A stretch of 64,000 nucleotides of DNA from Octopus sinensis (taxonomy: Eukaryota), in contig NC_042999.1 of assembly GCF_006345805.1 (NCBI RefSeq), positions 113,956,001 to 114,020,000 of the forward strand, given 5' to 3'. The position numbers and the translations under genes are program-made. Below, piece by piece: positions 24,027-36,605 of this stretch. The number at the start of each line of letters is the position of its first letter. The stretch's first letter is position 1. A model generated the notes under the pieces. That model ran no database searches. It saw nothing but the letters and a program-made list of their open reading frames with translations, and was not told where the DNA came from.

Positions 24027-24480
24027 ATGAGAAAATTTACTTTTAGCAGCATCACTTCGCAAAAGCACAAGCAAAAATACACTCTCACACAGATAAAACA
24101 TACTTACGCACACACACATACATATATTGTACACAAAAACACATGCTCGCATACAAAGAAACAAAAAAATGCTCACACAAAACCTGCACTCACAATAACA
24201 ACTCGTGTTCAAAGCATGTTCACACACACACAACCTGCACTCACCAAAACCTATACTCACATACAACCTGCACTCACCAAAACAACATGCACTTACACAC
24301 AACCTGCACTCACCAAAACAACCCACACTCACACACAAACTGCACTCACCAAAACAAAGCATGCTCACACACATACCTTTACACAAACTCTCACCAAAAC
24401 TGTTACTCAAACACACAAAAATATGCTCATATCAATATACACACAAGAATACAGTCTCACCCACATATATATATGCACAC
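24027..24480 (+). repeat. CA-rich low-complexity region with a 33-36 bp minisatellite (24232-24355)
   Basis: AA(C/A)CTGCACTCACCAAAAC occurs at 24232, 24265, 24301 and 24337; this explains the H/T-rich ORFs in the track. Confidence 0.9.
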
Positions 24481-24570
24481 ATGTGTGTGGATGAGATTAT
24501 GCAAACAACATACCCCCTAACATACACAAAAAAAATCACATGCACAATTCACACCAAAATATACATAGAC

Positions 24571-24715
24571 GCAGGAGTGGCTGTGTGGTAAGTAGCTTGC
24601 TTACCAACCACATGGTTCCGGGTTCAGTCCCACTGCATGGCATCTTGGGCAAGTGTCTTCTATCAAAGCCTTGTGAGTGGATTTGGTAAATGGAAACTGA
24701 AAAACGCCCGTCGTA

Positions 24716-24772
<57 letters not shown>

Positions 24773-25172
24773 GTAACCGCATAGACTGGCCTCCGTGCTT
24801 TGGGGACGTAACAAACACCATCCGATCGTGGCCGTCCGCCAGCCTCATCTGGCACCTGTGTCGGTGGCACATAAAAACACCATCCGAGCGTGGCCGTCTG
24901 CCAGCCTCGTCTGGCACCTGTGTCGGTGGCACATAAAAACACCATCCGAGCGTGGCCGTTCGCCAGCCTCGTCTGGCACCTGTGTCGGTGGCACATAAAA
25001 TCACCCACTACACTCTCGGAGTGGTTGGCGTTAGGAAGGGCATCCAGCTGTAGAAACACTGCCAGATCTGACTGGCCTGGTGCAGCCTTCGGGCTCCCCA
25101 GACCCCAGTTGAACCGTCCAACCCATGCTAGCATGGAAAACGGACGCTAAATGATGATGATGATGATGATGA

Positions 25173-25211
<39 letters not shown>

Positions 25212-25445
25212 TGTGTGTGTATACATTTGTGAGTCTGTGTTTGTCGCCCAACATCACCTGACAACTGATGCTGGCGTGTTTATGTCCCCGTAACTAAGCA
25301 GTTCGGCAAAAGAGACTGATAGAATAAGTAGTAGGCTTACAAAGAATAAGTCCTGGGGTCGATTTGCTCGACTAAAGGCGGTGCTCCAGCATGGCCACAG
25401 TCAAATGACTGAAACAAGTAAAAGAGCAAAAGAGTAAAGAGTATA
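24571..25445 (+). mobile_element. Well-preserved family A SINE with nested family B element (24776-25176) in its (TA)n tract
   Basis: A-box-like TGGCTGTGTGG (24578) and B-box-like GGTTCAGTCC (24621), CORE-like CTTGGGCAAGTGTCTT. Family B sits between two (TA)n runs, and the family A 3' half resumes at about 25230. Confidence 0.92.
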
Positions 25446-25789
25446 CGCAGACATTGGGAAACGCTGCACGTGTCACCATGTTTGTTTTGTCTTGTACTAA
25501 TCTGTTGTTGTTGCTGTTTTCGTAGCTCATATAACTATTTGGTTTCCAGTGTGAAAAATGAGATGATAGGATACAGGAAACAGAACACAAGGAAGTAGAA
25601 GAAAATAACACACCAAAACATGAAGTGTTGCCAACCAAAAATATATGCTAAAATACATCTTTGAGAGATAATGTTCCAAAACAAGTATGTACAACCTGCA
25701 GCACATGCACCTCTTTATGACATTTACCATGACATATGTAATGTCACAGTTATATAAACAGAAAAGTTTAGTTGAAATGTATTATAGGC

Positions 25790-26210
25790 AAAGGCGTGGC
25801 TGTGTGGAAAGAAGCTTGCTTCCAAATCACATAGTACCAAGTTCACTCCCACTGCATGGCACCTTCAGCAAGTGTCTTCTACTATATAGCCTCAAGCTGA
25901 CTAAAACCTTGTGTGTGGATTTGGTAGATGAAAACTGGAAGAAACTAGAAGCCTGATGTGTGTGTGTGTGTGTGTGTATGTATGCGTGTCAGTCTATCTG
26001 TCTTTGTCTCCCACCACCACTTGACAACCAGTGTTGGTGTGTTTACATCCCTGAAACTTAGTGGTTCAGCGAAAGCGACCAACAGAATAAGTACCAGGCT
26101 TACCCCACAAAAAAAATTAGAGACCAGGGTTGACTCTTTCGACTAAAAATTCTTCAAGGTGATGCCCCAGCATGGCCACAAGCCTAATGGCTGAAACAAG
26201 TAAGAGATAA
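25790..26210 (+). mobile_element. Family A CORE-like SINE
   Basis: GGCGTGGCTGTGTGGAAAGAAGCTTGCT...GCACCTTCAGCAAGTGTCTTC, (GT)n, then GCCCCAGCATGGCCACA...GAAACAAGTAAG. Confidence 0.85.
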
Positions 26211-26759
26211 TCTGCAGGTTCAGCTAATAGGTTTTAATGCTTTGCTTAGGTGCCCATGTGGCTGTGTGATGAAGAATTTCACTTCCCCAACGTTTCGGGT
26301 TCTGTCCCATTGTGCAGCACCTTAGGAAAGTATCTTCTATTGGAGCCTCATGAGAGAATTTGGTAAACAGAAACTGAAAGAAGCCTATCACATTTGCACA
26401 CATGTATGTATCTGTTTTGACACCACGAAATAGTTTTAAAAAATGTCGCAATCACACAAGTAAAATTCCTCATTTCCAGTCTTTCCGGTAAACATGTCTG
26501 CTTTGGTCAATACTTGATAGACAAATAGACAAACTCATTGTCTGATTGCCTTTGTGAATATTTTGCTGGGTTTTCAGCAAAAACAGCCAAGCCAGGATAC
26601 CAACCAATTAAATGTAGGCTTAACATAATATATAATGAAGAATCCAACACCAATGACACAGTTATTTCCAATAGTACAAGCACAAGTAACTAAGTATTTT
26701 CTGGTGCAAATATTATCTCGAGATAAGTTACTAGTTATCCCAACAACATAGTTACAAGT

Positions 26760-26987
26760 TTAATCCTCTAGCATTTAGATTACTCTGCCAAATATAATGC
26801 TTATTTATACACATTGTCTTGAATTAATCATGCATTATCTCATAGCTTTGAGATTTCAATGATGTGATTGTTTACTGTTAGAATGACATTGTAGTGTGGG
26901 TGCAAGAAGCAGGATCTGGTCGGTATATACATAAAACAGATAGAAGATTTGGGCTGGGTATGGCCAGTTTAAATGCTAAACGGTTAA
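26760..26987 (+). mobile_element. TTAA-type (piggyBac-like) MITE family M1
   Basis: TTAA-TCCTCTAGCATTT...AAATGCTAAACGG-TTAA, imperfect TIRs. Confidence 0.75.
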
Positions 26988-27263
26988 GTGTTATTCAAAT
27001 AACAGTTTCTAGTTTAAATGTTATCCCCAACAAGACAGTTACTGATGTGACTGTTGGTCATGTTGCAAACAATTCACTCAAATGGGAATGGAGACAGTAT
27101 CTTTCCCCTCTTTTGCTACAGCAAGAGCAAGAATACATATAATTTAAAATAACTTCTAAATTAACTAAACACAGATCTGGAACATTATAGCATCAATGCA
27201 CATATTATACACACAGATATACATATAATAATGTGTATATTTAATGTATATTTATCAATATTT

Positions 27264-27328
<65 letters not shown>

Positions 27329-27821
27329 GCATACACACACATATCTATGTACAAGCTTATCACTTACAGCAGCGATGCACATAGCTACATCAAATCAAGA
27401 ATGCTGACCAAAAAAAAAATTCTTTTTTTTTATTTGGTTTTTGCGTAAATCTAACCGATAGTCTTGTCAATGCTCCAAGAGAGGATATATTATTGTCTGA
27501 TAAGAACACTAAGTGCAAGTCAATATCTGATAGACTGCAGCTGCCGCTGCTGATGCTGATATGAGATGCTGAACCAAATAAAAACAGAAAGATAACCCAA
27601 TAGTCAGCATTTTCTAATTAACTTTAGTATTTTGATGTTAATCCTTTACATACCTATGAGTATATGTTTTTGTAGGATTTGAAAACCATCAGAATAGGTT
27701 GTCATATCTACTACACATAAACAAGTTCAACTGTCTACTTTATCTACTGCTGGCCTGTCATGATCTTTCTATTGCTTGTCTTGTGTTCAGGTATCCTCCT
27801 TTGGCATGTGTGCACAGACAC

Positions 27822-28239
27822 TTCTCCAGTGTTCACCACTTCACTTCGTGATGGCTTAACAGCCCTTACCATTTGTTTTTACTGTTTTGTTCTTACTGTC
27901 CTGTTTTTGTTACCACTTTAACCCTCCGCAAACCACAAATTTTATTTTAATTTACTTTGCAGGAACAACTGTTTTAACGAAGTTGCGTCTTGTCTCAACA
28001 TTTGAAATGCAGAGTAGATAAAACAGTGGACAACTGATGAAGGGCTTGTTCTTTATGTTGCCTGTCTCGTTTCTCAATATGTCTTTCGTCGTTCAAAAAC
28101 AAAAGTTCATTTTGCATGTTTTAGCTTTTTATGCTCTCGGTTTTCATTTTGTTCACGTTTTTTTTGATGTCCTGTACCCATATATGCATGTATATATACA
28201 TATATATGTAGGTATGCACATATATGTATGTATATATGC

Positions 28240-28307
<68 letters not shown>

Positions 28308-28638
28308 TATTATATGATCGAACGCCATGCATCCATTTCCAAATAAGTTTTATCTTAATAATTCTGATGTGCACTCTACAAAATACCTCCTTCCCCTTTA
28401 TTCTTCTTTGTCTTTCTTTCTTCTCCTCCTCCCTTCACTGTTCTCTTTCTCTCCCTCTCTTTCTCTCACTCTCCCTCCTTGACTCTCTCGTTGCTCACAC
28501 GTGACCAGAGGCTATCTTTCTCTTTCTTCCTCTTGCTTTACAAGAGACAAGACATACTTTTGCCTGTCTCTTGTCAAGATCATTTCTCCAGCATTCACCA
28601 CTTCACCTCGTGATGGCTTAACCCTTATTTGTTTTTAC
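27822..28638 (+). repeat. Element-like segment bounded by about 55-60 bp direct repeats (27822-27882 and 28584-28638)
   Basis: TTCTCCAG..TTCACCACTTCAC.TCGTGATGGCTTAAC...CCCTTA..TTTGTTTTTAC occurs twice, 762 bp apart, enclosing T-rich, (TA)n and CT-rich tracts. Confidence 0.7.
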
Positions 28639-29760
28639 AGAAGGGTTTTTAAAATGTAAAAAATAAGATTAAGTTTATCTGTGGAAAGAAAAGCCTAAGG
28701 AAAAGACCACAGTAACTTCAGAAGCAGACAGGCAGGCACATACATACATACATACACACACACATACATATTATTTAATGTTAGATGCCATCAGAGTGCA
28801 ACAAGGAAATGTTGGTTTGCATGAATTTATGGCCTCTTTGAGGCGGTAACTGATGAGAAATTGATGATTTTCTAGAAAGGTTTCTCATGTGAAAAATCAA
28901 GTTTATAGGATTACACTCGATCCATCGTTCATACTTAGAGGCACTCATACTAGAGAGAAACGGACTTGTCACAAATAAAACTAATACATATGATCAATCC
29001 CATACTTAGATATTGAGTGTTCTGAAAAATTCACTTCTTTTCACATATACAAATATTTATGAATTTCTAGGGAACAAAACACTATAGCAGCTATAGCTGC
29101 TTCTATCTCAATTAGCAAATAATGGTCATTATAAAGACATTATTGTCAAATGTTTTTTCAATTGTGGCTTCATACAACAATAATAGTGCCTTTATTAACG
29201 ATCTTTAAAAAAAAAAAAAGAAATAGCTTCATAAACACCTTCTAGTCACATGGCAGTATGGTAATAAGACATTTGATTCCCAAACACATGGTTCCAGCCA
29301 GGCTCAGTTCCACCGTATGGCACCTTGAGCAAGAATCTTCTATAATGCAACAGTGGACTGACCAAAGTCTTGTCAGTTGATTTGGGGGACGAAAACAAAA
29401 AGAAGTGTGTGTGTGTGTGTGTGTGATCACTGCTTAGCAACTGGTGTTGGTTTATTTACATTCCTATAACTTAGTAGTTCAGCAAAAAGAGATTGATAGA
29501 ATAACCACCAGGCTTAAAAAATAAGAATTGGAGGTTAATTTGTTAAACTTTTCAAAGCTGTGCTCCAGGATGACTGCAATTCAGTAACTGAAGCAAGTAG
29601 AAGATAAAATATGAATATCTTGTTAAATTTCTCCTAAAATACACTTTTTAATAACATTTGAGAAAAATAAGCATTCAGTAATATACCTTTGTCAATATTA
29701 TAATGGTATTTAGAACTTATATTAACATGAAATTTCGATGGACAGTTTTAATTGAGATCA

Positions 29761-29981
29761 CTCCTTTTAGTATTTAAACCATATCCAGCCCAAATATTCT
29801 ACCGCTTTATGTTCAAGCTAGCCAGATCTGGCCTCGCACACTTAACCTATAATGTCATTCTAAAATTAAACACTTACATCATTGAAATCTTGTAGCTACA
29901 AAGTAGTGCATGATTAATTCAAAACAATGTGAGTAAATAAGCAATACATTTGACAGAGTAACCTGAATATTGAAGAGTTAA
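29761..29981 (-). mobile_element. TTAA-type MITE family M1
   Basis: Reverse complement of the M1 consensus seen at 49834-50055. Confidence 0.7.
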
Positions 29982-31739
29982 ACAGGAACATTATATCATG
30001 CCACCAGGAGCTCTTCTCAGATGAGTTGGTGCCAAAGGGGTTAAATCAGTGTCAAGATCAGTTAATAAGCAACTACATTAGAGGTAGAGGTCAGTGACCT
30101 AACAAACCTTATTAAAGCTAGAGAGAAGAGAAAGACTGCAATGCAGAAAGCCTTTACAATGATACACACTAAACTAGTGACCAACACTTAAATCCCTACT
30201 TAATACTTTAATCATTTGCAACAAGCAACTGGAGACTGTTTGTGTATATGTGTGCATTACATATATATGTGCCTGTGCAAAACATGTGTATGTACATATG
30301 TCATTGTTCAGTTTTATTTCAAGATTTCTTGCCAATAGAAAAAGAGACAGTTTCTAACGTAGATCCAAGATGCCTTTATTGGAATTTCAACATCAACAAC
30401 ATGTGTGTATGCATGTGTGTGTGGGTGGGGGTGAATGGTTAGGGATATTAGATCCAGGCTGGCGTTGTTCAAGCGGTCTAGTATAAATCCTTAGTTCTGG
30501 TTAACCATGTCAAGTGATATGGTTTGTTTACATCCCTGTGACTTAGTCCAGAAAAAGGATAACAAGATAGCCATGCAGCAGAAGCATATGTCTGATAGAA
30601 GTTTAAAGAGAATATACTGTATACAAGACTGTATAGATGTATAATTCCCTATTTTTATGTTAATGTGTTGTGTGTGTATGTATATATATATATATATATA
30701 TATATTGAAACGTTGACGTACTCAAACGATCTATGCACTTGTGATATTTTTCTGTATTTACCTCCAAACCTTCGTGGGCTAGTTGTAGAAATGCAAGAAA
30801 ATCTTTTTTGGCTGCTATTTCTACTAAGTTCAGTATGTGGCAAAGTAATTTATTTTACTAAGCCCTAATTATATAATGTAAAATTTTATATATATATATA
30901 TATATATAAGTGCACACATCTCTAAACACACTGTTGCAGATGAATAGTAGTGGATATTTTGCACAAGTATCCAGTTGTAAATGTTGATAAAGATACATAT
31001 TATTATTAAATGGTGAGATAAAAAAAAAAAAAAAGGTTAACTGAAATGCATTGTAGCATTATTATGATGATTAACTGAAATACATGCCATAATTAATCTC
31101 ATTGAAAAGAGAAAGAGAGAGACGTCATCTCTACAATTATTCACCAGCTGTTTCTCTTTTAGATCCCCCAAGAGAATCAATCAATCAGTAAAACAAATTT
31201 CCTGAATTTATGTAAACTATGAATATAATGACTGATTGCATAACCCGTTTTCTTTGATCTTTCACTTATTACAGTCACTGAACTGCAGCACTGCCTCAAA
31301 GGATTTTAGTTAAAGAAATCGAGTCCCAGTACTTATTTTTTAAAGTCTGGTATTATTCAATCAGAATCCTTTACTAAACCACGAAGATATGAAGATGTAA
31401 ACAAACCAGCACTGGTTGTCAAATATGAGAGGAGGGAGCACAAACACACAAACATGTATGATAGCTTTCCACAGTTTCCTTCCACTAAATTCACCCACAA
31501 GGCAGTGGTCAGCCCTGGACTATAGTAAAAAGAAAGAAAGGAAAACGCCCAAAAGTGTCATGCTGCGAAATTGAACCTGAAACCACAAGGTTGAAAAGCA
31601 AGCTTTTTAACCACTAAGCCACACTTGTGCTATTAATGATGAAACCAAAAAATCTATATACACTCAGTGGGGGCAAAGATCATCATAGGAACTACACGGA
31701 AATCTAGAATGGACATTCAGTATGTACATGTATATATAC

Positions 31740-31930
31740 ATATGGTACGTAAAAAGCACCAACCGATCGTGGCTGTTGCCAGCCTCCTGGCCCCTGTGCC
31801 AGTGGCACGTAAAAAGCACCCACTACACTCACAGAGTGGTTGGCATTAGGAAGGGCATCCAGCTGTAGAAACACTGCCAGATCAGACTGGAGCCTGTGCA
31901 TGGAAAACGGACATTAAATGATGATGATAT
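31740..31930 (+). mobile_element. Family B element, internally deleted
   Basis: GTAAAAAGCACC...GTGGCACGTAAAAAGCACCCACTACACTC...AGGAAGGGCATCCAGCTGTAGAAAC...GGACATTAAAT(GAT)n. Confidence 0.85.
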
Positions 31931-34486
31931 ATCAATCCATATACTATCACAACACATGAAACAGCAGTTGTAAACAGACCAGCAATAAAGAATCTGTGAT
32001 GTTAAAACCAGCTGTCCTAAATGAACGTCACTGATAAATCCTACAAACACAAAATGAGAACCTATAAATCCATGAAACTAATGTAATGAATTGTATCATT
32101 AATTAGATAATGGTAATATACTAATTATACCAGAGAATTAGAACTTACTGGGAGACCAAACCACTAAGCCTAAAAACCTTCACAACAGATAGAAAAAAAT
32201 ACATATTAAAAGAACCATACATTAAGTCAAATTATAAAAATGTCCAGATAAAAAAGATGGGAAAAAAAGGGGGGGAGAGGATTAGAGAGGATTTGCTTCA
32301 CAAGAGTTTTAAATTATAATGAGATGGGAAAACAGGAAAAACAGACATTACACCTATTAACGAGAGTATTTTCATGCAATTGTTTGAGTCTGTAGGTGTT
32401 TAATTAGATGAAGAGGATCACATAATTCTCTGATAATAACTAAAACGTTTTAATAAAATAATTTGTATTCAGAAATACACATACCTAGTTTTTAACTTTA
32501 CTATTATGTAATAAATTATAACCTATTTTATTTTATTTCTTCAATTTTATTTATAGCTTTCAATTTTTGTTGTTGTTTAGTCCCAGGTCATCACTGATTG
32601 AATAGATCTCATTATTCAATATGAATTTGCTACATTTAAATAGTAGAGCATGAATATAGGAGACACTTGGCTGCTATTTCTAACAGGACAAGCAACTGCA
32701 TTTGAGGTTCACTCAGCTTGTTTTGTGTCACAAACTAGTACAGTTGAGAAAATATTAACACTTGTGTACAAGCAAACAGAGCACACAAACATGTACAGAC
32801 AAACAAACACGCTTTTTCTCGAAGGAAAGGCATAACAAAAACAGATCTCATTAAATGTATTCTAATATTGAAATGTTATCTAGAAACTGTCAACATTAAT
32901 ATCAAGAATGTAATATGTCCATCCCAGATTTCAGAATGTTTATACCCTTCTTATCATCATGCAGTCAACTCGTACAATAAGAGCTAGCAAATACTTGAGA
33001 CAGTTACTTAACCTGCTAGAAAAAGCAACCAAATCTCCTTCAAACCACACTCTGCCATCTTAAATAAGGAAACAAGACATACATCTGTAGCAATACATGA
33101 ACACCTCATCAATGTCATATCCTGAATCACTGGATATTTCAAATCTTGCAGCATATACTCTTATCCAGGTGATCTGACTTAGGTTGATCCAGCCTAGGTC
33201 TGTCTCAAAGCCTAGGCTTCTACAGACCCCCCGACCACGTTTTCAGCTAGATGCTTTTTTAGCAGTCTCCACATTGTTCTTGGTGGCTCTTCTTTTGCCT
33301 GTTCCTGCAACATCCAGGGCTCCATAGGCCTTAGTAAGGGATCAAACTGCAAAACCTCATGCCCAACACTATTGCAAAACTTAAACCTCCATCCATTTTT
33401 GTGACAGTCCTCCATCAAATTCCTGGTACTTAGCGCACACACACAAACACACACCCTCCGTCATCATCATCATCCATTTTTCCAAGCTAGCACGGGCTAG
33501 ATGGTTTGACTGGAGCTGGTAAGCTGCACTGGGCTCTGGTTTGTTTGGGCTTGATTTCTACAGCTCAATGCCCTTCCCAATGCCAACCACTCCACAGAGT
33601 ATTACTGGCTGTCTTTTGCATGTCACCAGCACTGGTCATGGCTACAAATTTCACTTTGCGTCTACACACACACACACACAACACACACACACACACACAC
33701 ACACACCATGGGCTCTTTTTTACTTTCTATGTTCCTAATCCACTCACAAGACATTGGTCAGTCTTTGCCAAGACAATGCTTGCCAAAGGTGCAATGCAAT
33801 AGGACTAAACTCAAAACCATGTGGTTGCAAAGCAGACTTCTTAACCACATAGCCATGCTTGTGCCTGTTAAATATCTTAGAATTGTTATATTTTAAACAA
33901 AGTATGCGGATTTCATAATAGAATGTGATACAAATATAAAGACATAAGGCTTAATAATGAAATTAGCGTTAATACTTCTGGTATAAATAAATGTAATCAC
34001 ATTCAAGTTAAAAGGTTCAGTGATATAATGGAAATTACAGAGTTGGGAACAGTTTTTTACATTTGTTTTTTTTTTTTATTACCTTTCTGTGATGTAGTAT
34101 CTAACTGACATTGTGATTGGTAATGAAGTATCTGATTTACTAGCCATGTTTGTAGTCTGACTGACTGCTGAGCCAAAGAATCTCTCGTGTTATTGACAAA
34201 CTGGAGCCAAATATCTTTTTGACCAAAAAATTTACTTGCTAGGAATGACTTGGAGTGCTTTGCTTTGTTTACATGGTCATCTTAGTTATTTCGAAGGTTC
34301 TGTCATGCAAAAGACACATATTAAACTTTGTTGGCTTGAAGAGAGCTTAGGAACAAAAAGTGGGTGTCGAATAGAATTTAGTTTTGTAAAAGCTTGACAT
34401 AATCATTTGTTAGGTTGTTATGCTACAGTACAGCTTAACAACCATTTGTTTTGTTAACAGATTGTTGCTGATAAATCTACTAAGTG

Positions 34487-34860
34487 CAGGCATGGCTGTG
34501 AGGTAAGTAGCTTGCTTCTCAACCACATGGTTCTGGGTTCAGTCCCACTGTGTGGTACCATGGGCAAGTGTCTTCTACAATAGCCTCAGGCTGAGCAAAG
34601 CTTTGCAAGTAAATTTGCTGGACAGAAACTGAAAGAAGCCCATCATGTGTGTGTGTATTGTCCCCCACCACCTCTTGACAACTGGTATTGGTGTACTTAT
34701 GTCCCTGTAACTTAGAAGTTTGGCAAGAGAAACCAATAGAATAAGAACCAGGCTTTAGGGGGGAAAAGCCTGGGGTTGATGTGTTCGACTAAAGCCCTTC
34801 AAAGCAATGCCCCAGCATGGCCATAGTCAAATGACTGAAACAAATAAAAGGTAAAAAGAT
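34487..34860 (+). mobile_element. Family A CORE-like SINE
   Basis: GCAGGCATGGCTGTGAGGTAAGTAGCTTGCT...GGGTTCAGTCCCACTG...GACTGAAACAAATAAAAG. Confidence 0.88.
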
Positions 34861-35402
34861 GAAAGAAAAGCAATAATTTCTATAGTGTTCAATGAAGGAA
34901 AAATTAAATGAAAACGTGCGAGTTTGGTTCTCCGACCCAACACAACTGCTACACACATTTTCTTCTCACCAAATCTATGTCTCCTCCAACAACCTTACGT
35001 TAAACACTTTACCCTTGCTTCCCAGCTATCTGGAATTCTCTCCTTTATGCACCAACCAACCGAAAAATTTTCAAATCATTTTCATGTGGTGGGCACTGTC
35101 CCCCATTATCTACTAAATAGTAATAAAAGTAGCTTACTATTTCATCCATCAATCATCCTAACAGTTTCACACCACCATCTTGTCTCTGTCTTTGCAGCAA
35201 CCACTCTCTCTCTAAACAATCAGCCACATTCTCAAACTAATCCACACTAGTTCTATCCACTAACTAAATACAGCCACAAAGATTACAATATCATTACCAA
35301 TTCTATACAGGATGTAGACACACACATGGACATTTCAAAATATTGTGGAGTAAAAGGAAGCTATTAAAAATAATCATGATTCCTCTAACTCCAATAATGG
35401 AC

Positions 35403-35436
<34 letters not shown>

Positions 35437-36164
35437 TCACATACTGGACTGTTTAATGAATGGTGGGGAAGTGTCATTTCCTTTGAAACTGTTTACACAC
35501 ATGTGTGCATATACACATATACACAGTTATATACACACACATACACTCACAAGTAATACACACGTAAATAATATATACACATACAAGTGACAAAATTTCC
35601 ATCAGCTAGTCTATTATCACAGACCTGTTACTTCCCTCAAGCAACAGACATTATCATTTATTTGTTCTATTTCTTTCAGTTCTGAAACCTTTCCTCTACT
35701 TCTTGTGATAACTATTCAAGAGAAAATCAAATTTAAAATCTTGCAAAATAATGTTAAGTTAATAGAGGGAGACAGAAGAGACAAAAGATTACAAAATAAT
35801 TAAATAACTCCTTTGAACTCTCCACTACTTCAGAATAATTATGAAATAGTTTCTTATTCAATCATGTATTGGCTAAGTTTACATCCATTTTTTCCAAACT
35901 ATCAATGATAGTAATTTCTTTTTTCTTTTCAAATTTTCATTTTTGTATATTGTTGGAGCAATTGTATTTACAATTGGAAACCTTTCTTAATGTCTAAACC
36001 ATCTCTGGAACTTCTTGTCAAGTTGTTGACAGAATTAACAGTTATACACTTACCCAGAGTCACCATAACAATGTAAAAATTTTCTGTACAGAATGAACTT
36101 TGATCAATTTCAGTGAATTATTGTTCCATCAATTAGCAGAATAATCTATACTTTGAATTATGGT

Positions 36165-36605
36165 TTAACCCATTAGCATTGAGAATACTCTGTCTCAAAT
36201 GTATTGTTTATTTATTCACATTACTTTGAATTATCATACCTTACAGCTTTAGAGATTTCGATGATGTGATTGCTTATTTATAGAATATCTGTTGGATAGG
36301 TGTGAGAGACTGGATCTCTTTGGTTTAAACATAAAACAGGCAGAATATTTAGGTTGGATATGACCAGTTTAACCCTTTCGTTAATGTATTTATTTTGAGA
36401 TGCCCTGTGTTTCTTTCAATTATTTTAAATGTAACAAAGAATTTAGTAAAATAACTTAGTTATCATTAAGTTAGTGTTAGGAACATAAATTGTGACTAAG
36501 GTTTGGTGGAAGATTTTAATTCAAAATTTATGAAAACAGGACATTTGTACTACAGAGCCGGTTTCAGCTGGGTTGGTAACGAAGGGGTTAAATGCTAAAG
36601 GGTAA
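36165..36605 (+). mobile_element. M1 MITE with an M2 MITE (36373-36587) inserted at an internal TTAA
   Basis: Inner element TTAA(36369-72)-CCCTTTCGTTA...TAACGAAGGGG-TTAA(36588-91). Removing it restores GACCAGTTTAAATGCTAAAGGG, the M1 end seen at 26987 and 50055. Confidence 0.9.

Noticed and set aside
23985-24591. ORFs of 125-155 aa rich in H/T/Q or C/V
   Set aside because: These are low-complexity CA-rich minisatellite translations.
24571-24640. tRNA-like sequences at SINE heads (also 45368, 45787, 47180-47251)
   Set aside because: Only A/B-box remnants are present and they run into SINE bodies; there is no complete cloverleaf.
28029-28575. Hammerhead with a giant stem II (GACAA-CTGATGA at 28034 and CTC-TTGTC at about 28570)
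   Set aside because: The required GAAA is absent (AAG-A instead), and a 500-nt insertion would be needed; likely coincidence.
33200-33440. Possible RTE C-terminal fragment on the minus strand (DVAGTGKRRATK)
   Set aside because: Similarity to the GxRxRGRP motif is too weak to call by eye.
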